The notes beneath the pieces were generated by a model. The model did no database searches. It was given only the letters and a program-made list of their open reading frames with translations, and was not told the origin of the DNA. Made by a program: the position numbers and the translations under genes. A stretch of DNA of 62,192 bases, counting the filler, from Globobulimina sp. (lineage: Eukaryota): the NCBI GenBank assembly GCA_003354225.1. It is 19 parts of 19 records of this genome, joined end to end, with 100 filler letters (N's around TTAATTAATTAA, not from the genome) between each part and the next. Parts side by side here need not be neighbours in the genome. Positions count along the whole stretch, not along the records: positions 45,909 to 49,085 come from PIVH01003495.1; positions 49,186 to 52,362 come from PIVH01003496.1; positions 52,463 to 55,639 come from PIVH01003497.1; positions 55,740 to 58,916 come from PIVH01003498.1; positions 59,017 to 62,192 come from PIVH01003499.1; 14 more parts are not named here. One strand, given 5' to 3'. Numbering within the stretch: the stretch's first letter is position 1; each line of letters begins with the position of its first letter. Positions 47,536-59,327 of this stretch are shown here, piece after piece.

Positions 47536-47640
47536 ATTTTTCGGATCCATAAAGGTAAAAGTTAAATTTTTAATTATAATTAAAAATGATTGATCTTCTC
47601 TATAAACCCTTGAGTATATACCTTTAGGGATCCGAAAAAT
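47536..47640. repeat. MITE-like inverted repeat (22-bp arms, 1 mismatch) with internal perfect 22-nt palindrome
   Basis: ATTTTTCGGATCCATAAAGGTA / TACCTTTAGGGATCCGAAAAAT; ATTTTTAATTATAATTAAAAAT at 47566-47587. Confidence 0.8.
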
Positions 47641-47754
47641 AAGCTAGTTCACCTAATAATTTCAGATGGGAACAGAAAAAAAAACAAAAAAACAAATATA
47701 TATGTTTATACAATGAAAAGTGAAAAGTGAAAACAACAAAAAGCAAAATAAATA

Positions 47755-49085
47755 TTAAAATTCATCACACCATGTAAACAATAGTCCATCCGGATCATCA
47801 ATCAATTGCTCATTCTCTGGCGTAGTATCCGGGAACCTATCAAACGCCGACATATCATGATTGCCATTGATCCGCGGTTTCCATGGTGGCTCAATTTCTT
47901 GTTTATACATTTTATTCCAATCAATTCGCTTAAAAAACGAGTGCTTCTTCACGGACTCCGCCCCTTTGGGCCCCGCACCCAACCTCTTATGTGCTTGCTT
48001 GCGCAGCAACGAATTGATAATGTCCTTGCTATACGACCGTATATTGTTGGGTATGGAGGGAAACTCCACCGGCGCTGTCAATATTTTCTCATACATTTTC
48101 ATATTCTTATCCCCCTCAAACGGAGGATACCCAAATATCATCTCATAGATCAAGATCCCCACAGACCACCAATCCACGGCAAATCCGTGGGAAAAATTCT
48201 GGATTACCTCCGGCGCCAAATACTGCGGCGTCCCACAGAGCGTACATGTGTTGTTTCGTTTTTTGGCAAAGCCAAAATCAACGAGTTTGCAATACCCATT
48301 GGTGGAAATCAGCAAATTCTCCGGCTTCAAGTCGCGATAAATAACGTTCAATTTCGTGTGCAAATAATCAAATGCCAACACCACGCACGCACAGTAAAAA
48401 GTGGCTGTTCTCTGTTTCAACCTCTTTTCGTGTCTCAATAAACTGCATAAACAGCAAAAAAAACATACATTAACAAACTAAATCAAACCAACGCAAATCA
48501 TACCTAAATAGCTCGCCGCCCATCACCGGCTCCAACAAAAAGTACACATTCAACGTATCCGTAAACGTGGCAAACAACTTGATGCAGAACGCGCTGTTCA
48601 GCGCGGTCATGATCCGCTTCTCATTGATGATATGTTCCTGCTGCGAGGTCTCCACCACCCGGTTCTTGCGCACCTTTTTCAGCGCATACACCTGTTTCTG
48701 CTGATATTTGTCCACATGCTCCACCAACGTCACCCGGCCAAAGGCGCCGACGCCTAAACAGCCGATCTCCTTAAAACCATCCAAATCGCACGACACTCGG
48801 TTCTCAAACGACTTGCAATCGTCGATAATGGAGCAATATGAGTCGATTTTGTGATTCATAGACCTCCGCACCGGGTCATAGTCCAACAACGACTTGAAAT
48901 CCAACGCTGGCAACGCATAGGCAATCAGCTGGTCGCTGGTGACCCGCACCGTAGCTGCCCGAGCCTGGTTTTTCATAATGCCCAGTTCGCCAAAACAGTC
49001 CCCCGCGGAATACGACTTCAGTACATGTTGCTTGTCGCTATTCTTGTACGCATCGCACGTCCCGCGGTATATGATGAAGAAGTTG
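47755..49085 (-). CDS. PKG: cGMP-dependent protein kinase (cNMP-binding + AGC kinase), 5' partial; intron 48443-48503
   Basis: FGELGIMKNQARAATV cNMP motif; LGVGAFGRV, YALK, YRDLKPEN, DFGFAK, TLCGTPQYLAPE; ends WCDEF. Confidence 0.93.
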
Positions 49086-49368
49086 NNNNNNNNNNNNNNN
49101 NNNNNNNNNNNNNNNNNNNNNNNNNNNNNTTAATTAATTAANNNNNNNNNNNNNNNNNNNNNNNNNNNNNNNNNNNNNNNNNNNNATACTTATGTTCAAC
49201 AAATACATAATATAATATTGGATTTCTAGATTTTTTATCATTATGAACGCCTTGTTACTATGTTCAAATATGAATCCCAAAATATGCGGTTTTTCACAAC
49301 TGTGCGCCAAAACTTCACAACTGTGTATTAATTCCTAATTAAAACACTAAAACAAAACAGATTGACTA

Positions 49369-50589
49369 TTAATATGCAGATCCAGCTCCAGAGGATGGTT
49401 TATTTTTTCCTTTGCGTTTAACGTTAACGGCTTTCCTAACCGGTGGCTTATAGCCAGTCACTATTTTCCTGTCCCAATACGGTTTATATAATCTCCAATT
49501 TCTTTTATTTAATTCATTTTTTATTCTAAACTCTGTATCAGCATTTTTTAATGGTGCATATTTACAATATTTCTTTAAGATATTATCCAATTTGTCCACT
49601 CCTCCACTGGTTATCTTGTAATTATCATCCAAATGAAACCTATTTAATTTAGTTACGCCAATATGTTTCATATAAAACGTTGCTATCAATTTACACGATT
49701 TATCACTAATATTTGTATGACTTAAATTAAGTACTTTCAAATTTGGACAAACATTCGGAATAATACATTTATCCAACAATCGCTCACAATTTTTATCATT
49801 TATCCCTTGATTAAAATCTAAATTCAACACATTTAAACAATTAAATTTATGCTTATTAGATAATGTTATATTTTGTCTACAAAACGTTTGAATGAAATAT
49901 TTTAAAAAATTGTTATTTGTGGTAAATATGTCGCAAAATGTTATTTGTTTGAATTTATTGATTGCTTCCAAATGATTTAATAAATTTGCTATAAATTTAT
50001 GACAATGTACACGTGCTTTTTGCTGTAATTTGAATGTCTTCGTATTGGAGGTCCATAAATGTATTGCAACGTCATATTCATGTCTAGCAATCATAAAATA
50101 AAGCAATAATTTTCTTTCATGCGACGAAAATTCCATAAATGCACATTTTCCGACTTTGTTACAATGTTCATCTAAAAACGTTGCCTTATCTATATTTGCA
50201 ATAAAATACGAAAACGTTCGTTTTTGCAGTTGTGCGTATTGTGAATAATTGAACGTTGACATTGTAAATAATTTTGCAAATGTTTTATTAATTCGACTCA
50301 ATGCAATCTGTTCATAAACAAATAAATATGGCGCAATTTTATATTTTATAATTTCTACAGCAACGCGATTGAAATAATCAATTTTTAAATGTTTACTACG
50401 TTTCCATCCTTTAACAGCTTTTCTCTTTGTTGGTTTATTTGGTATTTCTACTGAACCATAATCGGATGCTGCTTTGTTTTTGTTGCCATCAGATACAATT
50501 TCTTCTGGATATTTTTCTTCTTCTTCTCCAGAGTCTGTGTCACTGTCATGACAACAGCATGGACAATCACATTGGCAACAGTTACCCAT
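49369..50589 (-). CDS. F-box/LRR protein with N-terminal myristoylation/palmitoylation motif
   Basis: MGNCCQCDCPCCC; EIIKYKIAPYL...LSRINKTF; LNVLNLDFNQGIND, LKVLNLSHTNISD, FHLDDNYKIT. Confidence 0.75.
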   Translation of the reverse strand: MGNCCQCDCPCCCHDSDTDSGEEEEKYPEEIVSDGNKNKAASDYGSVEIPNKPTKRKAVKGWKRSKHLKIDYFNRVAVEIIKYKIAPYLFVYEQIALSRINKTFAKLFTMSTFNYSQYAQLQKRTFSYFIANIDKATFLDEHCNKVGKCAFMEFSSHERKLLLYFMIARHEYDVAIHLWTSNTKTFKLQQKARVHCHKFIANLLNHLEAINKFKQITFCDIFTTNNNFLKYFIQTFCRQNITLSNKHKFNCLNVLNLDFNQGINDKNCERLLDKCIIPNVCPNLKVLNLSHTNISDKSCKLIATFYMKHIGVTKLNRFHLDDNYKITSGGVDKLDNILKKYCKYAPLKNADTEFRIKNELNKRNWRLYKPYWDRKIVTGYKPPVRKAVNVKRKGKNKPSSGAGSAY

Positions 50590-50689
50590 ATTTGTTTGCA
50601 ATAATTCTACGAAATATGACTGCTTTTAACGAAGTGATCGGTCTACATCTGTTTCACTAGAAAACTTACTTAAAAGCACTTAACATAAA

Positions 50690-52362
50690 ATGACGACAGA
50701 TCCGACTATGGACACTATTCATGAAAATAATGAAGTATTTTCCAATCCAAACCAGACAAACAATTGCAAAGATTCATCTCACCACAAACCCAAAAAAAAG
50801 AGAAACAAAAAGAAAAAGCGAAATAAAAACAAGCCGCACAATCGACGAATAGACAAAAAGGACACTAATTTTGGTTTTAATAATAGCATAACTGATATTG
50901 AAGAGGATGAAATTTATAATTCATTATTAAAAGCAGTGTCGATTCATAATAAATTATCTGATGATGAGCTATTGAAAATATTTCAAAACGCATTATTTAC
51001 ATTAAACGCAGCATGGTTCAGACACAATTTATCCTCATTTTTCAGCTCAAATATTGACGGCGATATCATATCATTAATATTACGCTTATTTCTGTTACAG
51101 TTTGAATTAACAAACACGAGACATTCGGTGCCGTTCAGATTCCTTTTATTAGACTTAATTGCACCACACTTACACTCCAGACACAGGCACATTTTATATA
51201 GAAATACAAACTTAATCAAAGTCAAACCATTACCAGTCATTACAAACTATCATAAATCCTTTGCATTGCAAATATTTACTTTCTGGATATTGCACATCAC
51301 ACAGAATACAAAGGATTATTCCAATAATTATAAACACGAAACAAAGCAACAAAATGATACAGAGCCCACTGCAAAAATGAATTTATTACCAAAATATAAC
51401 TCGAAAACATTGCAATTTTTAGATTTGAAAGAAATGGAATGTTTATTTAACATATTTGCTTTAAAGGACATAATCTCACATAACATAAGAAACAAAATCT
51501 GCGACAAAGTATGTCAATTATTATACGTGCATAAAAACGCACCGTTGGCAATGGAATGGACCATTTCTTTTAATTTGCAGTACCACATTCCATACAAAAT
51601 TATCTTGCTCCCATTGTTAAGACAGCAGTCATTGTTACATCACGCATTGACTTATATTGACTCCATGGCTGTGCATAATGACGACAACTATGTGCAAATG
51701 GCGAAGAGGTTCATAGTTTCGTCCATCTCAGAATTAACTGCCTCGAATGAGACAGACATTGCCACCTCGCGTACAGTCAAATTACTGCGCAGTTGGAATT
51801 TTGACAAACGCGAGTTTGACGCATTGATATTGTCCGAGATTTGCAATTTTTTAAAGTGGACCATTCGCAAAGGACATATTGACGATTATGCCATTTTAAT
51901 TTGTGATTCCGGCAGCAAACATAGCGAGATATTGAGAAACTTTGTCATTAAGCAATGTCATGCACATCCCACGACTTATGAGTCGTGTATCAAATGGGCG
52001 CAGCATTGGAATTTAGACGTTGGGAATGAATATGTGAGGCACGCAAAAGAGTGGTTGTCCTCACATGACATCAATGATATAAATATTAATAAGGGGAAAA
52101 GGAGAGATTTTCTCATTGGATTTGATGACTTGCAGTGTTGTGATATTATGGATGAAAAAGCACAAATAATATTTGTCAATGATGTGCGGACATTGTGCTA
52201 TGCGAAGGATGTGTTGCTGTCAGAATGTATTGATTGCATTGGATTGGATTTAGAATTAATGACTGTGCAGTTACCAATACCCAATGCACCGATTCATTGT
52301 CAAATATTACAGATCGCCACAGCTGACATGGCGTTTATTTTTGATTTACAGATCATTGAGGA
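50690..52362 (+). CDS. EXD3: EXD3/mut-7-like DEDDy 3'-5' exonuclease, 3' partial
   Basis: Long helical N-terminus, then IIFVND...CIGLDLE...ILQIAT..AFIFDL (Exo I motif). Confidence 0.7.
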
Positions 52363-52462
52363 NNNNNNNNNNNNNNNNNNNNNNNNNNNNNNNNNNNNNN
52401 NNNNNNTTAATTAATTAANNNNNNNNNNNNNNNNNNNNNNNNNNNNNNNNNNNNNNNNNNNN

Positions 52463-55400
52463 CTGCTCCACAGCAAACTATGGAATGCGTTGATAAACAT
52501 TGTATCATTCATTGTCCACAACAGCCATGTTATAACTTTATATCTAATGCAGAGAATGCATCCTCATTAACAGTGAAATGCCATTCTTATCCAGGATGCA
52601 GGTATTGTATTTATACATGTTTTTTTTCAAATTAATGATAATATTATAATAATAAACAGTAATTCGAGTATTTATTGTCCAGTCGCATCAAATTCGATTT
52701 GTGATATTCATTGTAATGGAACGTCTTCATGTTTCAGAACAAATATATTTTACAACGGCGCCAATGAAACTAATGTAATATGTAATGAGGAGGCGTCATG
52801 TCTTGCATTATCTGTTATTACCGCAGCAGAAATAGTTAATATTAGTTGTAATGCATGGCGTTCTTGTTATGGTTTATATTTAATACAGAATGTCGAAAAT
52901 AAAACAAATCCAACATCAACCATAATAGATTGTGATTATTATTCTCTCTCATGTTATGCTGCAGATTTTGAGTTTAAATATGTTGATATGGTACATGTTA
53001 AATGTGTTGATGCTGATTGTCGTTTCACAACATTTGAGTTTATTAATATCGATAATGTAACTGTTAACTGTTTGAGTTGTTATTATGGTTTGTTTTATTA
53101 TTCAAATGTGAATAATGTGTATTTATTATGTAATTCGTATGAAACTAACTATCAGATTAACTATGGGTGTTATGGTGTTGACATCATTGATGCAAATGCT
53201 AGTAATGATGATGTCGGAATTGTTGATACTTTGGTATTGGATTGCATTGGTTGGCGTTCTTGTGGATACTTGTATATTGCAAATATTGTGATGGATACAA
53301 CAGATGTTATCGTTAATTGCAGTTCCGAGAGATATGCATGTTCTTCCACCTCGTTTGTACTACATGAGGCAAACAGAATAGATATGATTTGTGATTCAGA
53401 GCACAGCTGCGATGGTAGTCAAATATATGCAACACATGTTGATATATTAAATATATATTGTAATGGACGTCATTCATGTGAGGCAATGGATATTTATCCA
53501 AATCATCAGGAAATGAATAGTGTTTCTGTTTATTGTGTGCCGGCGGATTATTCTTGTTTGGATGTTGATATTATAGTGGTTTCTGATGAATATATCACGG
53601 GTTATTTAAATTTATACTGTCAATATGAAGATGGTAAACAAAGTAATCAGTGTGACCAAATAGATATTGTTTGTGGATCAATAGAGGCTGAATTCAATAT
53701 TAATGAAACTGTTGAAACAGACACAATGTCGTCAGTTGTTTATTTTATTGGTGACAGTAATGTGACTACAATAGGCTGTGATAATGATAATTGTTGTCCA
53801 TTCAATAAGCGATATACGTGTTCATTGTTAAATGGTACGCTTTGTCAATATGGTTTAGATAGTTTGGATATATTATGTGGTGAAAAGGGTATTTGTGCTT
53901 TTTCTATTTTAATTTGCCAAGAGAATAGGTCCTGTAATATCCAATGCACTGCGGATTACTCGTGTCAATATTTAACGATATTTGCACAGACGGATACCAT
54001 TGATGTTAATTTGGAATGTTTGGGTGAGTCTGCATGTGACCATTTGATATTATATGCTGAATATGCAAATAGTATCGCAGTTTCTGGTTATGGTAATCAC
54101 ACATTATACGGGGTCGACATATATGCAACACATTCACCAAAGGTTCTCGTTAATTGTTACATATCATATGGGCGTTATTCTGTTTCGCACAGAGCATGCT
54201 TTAAAACTAGTATTTATGGCTCACAATTGACAACTTCACGTCTAGTTTGTGAGGATGAATCTTGTCAATATATAGATTTGTATTCTTTGAATGGAGTGAT
54301 TGATTGGGATATTCATATCATTTTATCATTTTCTTTATCATTTTATCATATCAATTCTTGTGCTTTATCATTTTATCCTCATTTAACTATTCATATAATT
54401 TGTGGTTATGATGGTTTGCAATTGGATTCATCTCAACATAATAATACAGAATTTGAAATATTAATTACTGGGCCCGATGATCACATCTTTGACAACAATT
54501 CATGTGTAAATCCATCGTGTAATTGTAATCGGGAGACGTTACGTAAAGTAATATCGTACACACATGAATATGATGAATGTCATGATTCATATACATCCGC
54601 TTTGAAACCATTTACAATATTTTTCGTTGTTGTTATTTTCGTCTTATTCTTTTATCCGATTATTAGATATTTTGTATGTAAATTGTATAGATTTCCAGTG
54701 CCAAAAATTGATTTTATTTGTTGGGTACAGATAACTGATTTATTTATTACATTATTTCATTACTATATGATGGTTGATGCAGTTTATTTAAATACCGTTT
54801 CTTTGCTGCAACATTGTTCCAATAAATATCCATTTGGAGTTGATAGTGATGTTTGTGATAATGATCCTGTTTGCAGTGCATACTCTGTTTCTGCACAAAA
54901 TTACCGATCGTGTAGTTATGACATAGATGAAGAATGTATTTGTATATCATCAAAAATGTTGCGAGATATATTTATATCACAGACTGTATTTATGGGAATA
55001 TCATTCCTTTGTATTGATTTGATTCGAATCTATAGGATATTGAGGTTATGCATCGTTGGTATTGTTGATCCAATCACCAACTGTCATATTAATGCAGTTC
55101 ATTCTACATCGGATTGTTTCTATCAATTTCCAATTTGGTTTAAGAATACACGCATATTAAGAGAACGTTTGTTTTGGAGACGACAATTTTTTGGATTCCA
55201 ATTTTTTGGATTAAAAGAACGTGGTTGGCCCTTATTATTAGTAATTTTGCGACATATTCCAATGTACGTTATGGGATTTATCATCAGCATAATATTTAAG
55301 GAAGTTACCTCAATAAAATGGTACTTGGTGGTTGGTTTTATGCTTATTTTGGGGCAATCAATGTTTTTACGTTGGAAATACCAAAGAAAGGAGACATATC

Positions 55401-55606
55401 ACCCAAATCAATATTATGCACCACAGATTAGAGATATATTGGTTGATGTATTTGGAAATCATATTGGTTTTACAATTGAATTGTATTTACCAATATTTTA
55501 TAAGAACCTTAAGATGGGCTCGAGAAAAAAAGGCAATATTTACTATAAAAAAATCGCTGACAGAGAGGCTGGCGAGGACACAGAACTTGAATTGATTGGA
55601 GTATAA
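52463..55606 (+). CDS. Cys-rich repeat cell-surface protein with multi-pass TM C-terminus, 5' partial; intron 52602-52659
   Basis: Many repeats of x-I-x-C-x-G-x-x-S-C about 25 aa apart; about 5 TM helices at the C-terminus; the 58-nt intron joins in frame. Confidence 0.8.
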
Positions 55607-55739
55607 TCAGTGACTCATTGCGCATTTTTCTATTATTATNNNNNNNNNNNNNNNNNNNNNNNNNNNNNNNNNNNNNNNNNNNNTTAATTAATTAANNNNN
55701 NNNNNNNNNNNNNNNNNNNNNNNNNNNNNNNNNNNNNNN

Positions 55740-56331
55740 GGATTGGAATGGATTTTCCGATTAAAATCAAGGTTTAAATTATGGAATTTGTCATCGATTA
55801 TTAAAGATATTGCCGCCACACATTGTGGATAAAAATAATAAAAATACCGAGAAGGCAGAGCAAAAGGAGAGATTATTAAGTTTGGTGCTTGGGAGTGGGG
55901 CCATAAATGTTTGTGATCCAAACAATAAAACATCGGCGTTGTTTTATGCCATCATTCAAATGGACTATGATTTGATTAATCGGCTATGTGATAATGGAGC
56001 GAAAACGTCAGCGGATGAATGGCAAACCATTGGCGAATATATTATTCAGTTGGTGAAGGATGATAAATATCAGATTTTATGCAAGTTAATAAAGTTAATG
56101 AAGGATCGGAAAGAAATTGAATGTGATTTGACTTATCATGACATTGATGGCAAAACGGCAGTGATATATTGTGCAATGAATGGCAATCTGCAAATCTGTG
56201 AGTTATTAATCAATGCGAATTTAGGGGCTGATATATTACACATGGATCAGGATGGAAATACGGCGGCGGATTATGCAGCGAAACATAAATATATTCAGCT
56301 CGAACTGTACTTAAGAAACCAATTTTTATAA
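55740..56331 (+). CDS. Ankyrin-repeat protein C-terminus
   Basis: SALFYAI...LCDNGA, GKTAVIYCAMNGNLQICELLI, GNTAADYA. Confidence 0.88.
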
Positions 56332-56485
56332 TTATTCTTTTTTTCTTCTTTCTTTGTGTCAATGTCAGAATGGGTTTGTTATATAATTAATGATGATAGT
56401 TATCTTTATCGGTTGTAGTTTTATATTACACTTCGCACAGTTCGGAGGTATATGATATATAAATGTTTGCAAATATAAAGGCCTG

Positions 56486-56592
56486 TCACTGCAGTCTGAC
56501 ACAACTACTAGTATTGAGCTAATTTTCATTGTGGTTATCGGACTTCAACTTTTGGTTATAATAAATTAGCTCAATAGTTATGACTGCAGTGA
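56486..56592. repeat. MITE-like nested inverted repeat
   Basis: TCACTGCAGTC/GACTGCAGTGA (11 bp) enclosing TATTGAGCTAATTT/AAATTAGCTCAATA (14 bp). Confidence 0.8.
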
Positions 56593-56771
56593 TTGGTGAA
56601 AAAAAAATGTCAGTATGGTTGGTGCATGTCGACCTCGAAAATATTCTGAAAACACAAAGAGCCTGAAATATGGTTTGATGTTAGCATGCCAATTAATGCA
56701 TGTATGCAACTAATATGATGATCGCAATAATGTTATCTTTTATGGGATGATCACTTTGAGAAACACATTTA

Positions 56772-57989
56772 TTACAAATACATGATAATAATTTGTCTCC
56801 ACGAAACAAGGAAAGCAGCCAAACAAAGCACAGTTACACTCAATTCAAGTCCATAGGTTTTCGCCACCAATAAAACATTCATTTTTGTGCAATTCTTTGA
56901 TGATTTCAATTCCCATTCTGCTAAATTGGCATAATACGTTTTATTCACACTTGAAATATTGAGAATAAGTTCGTGTGCAAATTCCTCCAATAAAATATTA
57001 TCAAATAATTCAAACATAGCCTCAGATAATTCACTTTTATTCATCCCCAAATTCCTTTTGTCCCTTTCAAAGATGTGCCGCATCTCATTCTCACTCAATG
57101 CATATTTTATACTTTTATCACAATTGAGATGTCTCCGCCTTCGTTGCTTTAATAAATCATAAATTTGCGTATATAATATCTCGCCATTAATCCGCTTCTT
57201 ATATTGAATAAACGGCAAACATCCTTTGAATGGATGCAATTTGTCATTGTCATCATTACATTTCGCAACACCATGCTCACACTTTGCAAATGATGGACAA
57301 ACCAGACATGTTTTATCTATTTCTCCTTTATTCAATGGATACAAACACGATTTACATAAATCTGTATCACAATATGTCATATTATTGGTTTCCACTCCAA
57401 ATCGCATATTTAGTGCACATATGAATATAATAAATATGATTGAACAGAAAAAGCATATTATTACATTACAATTCCATGCTTCCTCGGTCTCAAACTCATC
57501 ACCATTTTGCTGCAATGAATCATTACCATTTTTAACTGTTACTATCGGTTGGATTTGTGGTTGGTTTTTTTGATTGGTTCTATTTTTAATATGTTTATCC
57601 ATAATTTGTTTCCGCTCATAATATTCTTCCATTTGTCTTTGTAAATCTTTTGGAATTGATCCCTTTTCTTGAATTTCTTGTAATTGATTAATGATTAAAT
57701 CCTTTGATAGAAACCAGCCCGGTTTGGGACCGCTTGTTAAATGTCCTAAGCCATGGCCAGTATTATATTCTCTCTCTTGTTTTGGTGTTGCTTTGTCAGA
57801 ATGTATGGCATGCTCAGTTTCTTCTGCTTTTTCTTCCTCATCATGCTCTTCCAATGGTGGCGTACTTGGAATTGGTGGTGGTGTAACTGACATATTTATG
57901 GGATTCATTTTTTGTTTTTTATGTGGTGGATCATCATCATCACTTAATGGCCATCGATCTATTTTCCGCTTTCTGCGCTGAGTGGACAT
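56772..57989 (-). CDS. Man1/Src1-like inner nuclear membrane protein
   Basis: NLS-like N-terminus, TM1, lumenal CLVCPSFAKCEHGVAKC motif (MSC domain), TM2. Confidence 0.6.
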   Translation of the reverse strand: MSTQRRKRKIDRWPLSDDDDPPHKKQKMNPINMSVTPPPIPSTPPLEEHDEEEKAEETEHAIHSDKATPKQEREYNTGHGLGHLTSGPKPGWFLSKDLIINQLQEIQEKGSIPKDLQRQMEEYYERKQIMDKHIKNRTNQKNQPQIQPIVTVKNGNDSLQQNGDEFETEEAWNCNVIICFFCSIIFIIFICALNMRFGVETNNMTYCDTDLCKSCLYPLNKGEIDKTCLVCPSFAKCEHGVAKCNDDNDKLHPFKGCLPFIQYKKRINGEILYTQIYDLLKQRRRRHLNCDKSIKYALSENEMRHIFERDKRNLGMNKSELSEAMFELFDNILLEEFAHELILNISSVNKTYYANLAEWELKSSKNCTKMNVLLVAKTYGLELSVTVLCLAAFLVSWRQIIIMYL

Positions 57990-58050
57990 CGATCTATTTT
58001 CAGTATAAACTTACTATTATATATTAAAGACAAGTTGTTTTTAATTTTGT

Positions 58051-58916
58051 TTACAATTTGGAATTTATTGATTTAATATCAAAATATTGCTTTAAAATTG
58101 TAACAAACCGCCAACAATCATTGAAGGTATTAAACAAAGGCGTTGGCGCAATCCTTATAATATTTGGTTTCCGCGTACTACAAATAACACCATTTTGTAA
58201 TAACCATTGGTGCAAATCACCAATACCTCCTTTCTCACTTAAAACATTCCCAACAGCCAATGATAACTGACATCCCCTTTCATTTACATTACGCGGTGTA
58301 ATTATTTTAATATTATATTTCTTCAAATATTTCCAAATCAATAACTCCAAATATCCCGTTAATTGAATGCTTTTCTGCCTCAAATTTAATATTCCGCCGG
58401 CTCTCTCAAATAAATCCAATGAAGTCTCCAAAGCAACACATTGAAATAAAGGCGTTTGAGAGATGGACCATGCTTTGGCACCAATTGCTGCTTTGAAATC
58501 ACTCACAAATTTATATCGTTGCTGCAAATCCTGTCCCCACCAACCTAATTGCTTCGGCATTGCTGTTTGGTGATGCCTTTCATGCACAAATATGCCGCCA
58601 ATACCACCACCGCCCGCATTCAGATATTTATAGCTACAAAAAACTGCAAAATCTACGCCCCATTCATGTAAATACAGAGCAACATTTCCAACGCCATGCG
58701 CAAGATCTAAACCAACATAAATATCATATTTATGCGCCGCCGCACATATTTTTTGAATATCAAATAACTGCCCCGATAAATGCTGGGTGACTCCCAACCA
58801 AATCACGGATATCGATGTGCTATGTTTGTGGATGGCATTTATAAACTCTTCATTGTCTATGACATATTCATTGTTATTCTCATTGTTTGGATATATTTGA
58901 ATCAACGCATCGCTTT
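58051..58916 (-). CDS. KYNU: Kynureninase, 5' partial
   Basis: DLAHGVGNVALYLHEWGVDFAVFCSYKYLNAG (PLP lysine), GWWG, LRQKSIQLTGYLE, ERGCQLS, IRIAPTPLFNTFND; ends SKL. Confidence 0.96.
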
Positions 58917-59327
58917 NNNNNNNNNNNNNNNNNNNNNNNNNNNNNNNNNNNNNNNNNNNNTTAATTAATTAANNNNNNNNNNNNNNNNNNNNNNNNNNNN
59001 NNNNNNNNNNNNNNNNCGATCTCGACAAAGAAAAGCAAACTAATGTCATAGTTTCATTGATTATGAATTGTATTTTTGTGTTAGTTTTGTGTATAATATT
59101 TGACAAAAAATATAGTTTTATGTATATATCAATTCAGATTGCAAACTAATTCAAATTCCAGTTATACATAAGTCTGCAATGTGAAATATCTGAATTGAGT
59201 CATCCACATAGTAAACAAATAAAACAATTGATAAATATACACTCTGGCACAAAAAAAGCTAACATTATATCGATATCCGATTTAAGTTTTTATGTTTTTT
59301 GATTAAATCATTGCTTGACTCTCCAGC

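Noticed and set aside
39354-49085. Functional clustering of nirK with COG3, the transporter and PKG
   Set aside because: Different contigs; adjacency is an artefact of concatenation.
54310-54385. TTATCATT short repeats inside the Cys-rich gene
   Set aside because: Local slippage duplication that keeps the frame; no array structure.
3182-59016. Regularly spaced TTAATTAATTAA repeat about every 3.28 kb (CRISPR- or telomere-like periodicity)
   Set aside because: Artificial six-frame-stop linker flanked by Ns; the periodicity comes from length-sorted contigs.
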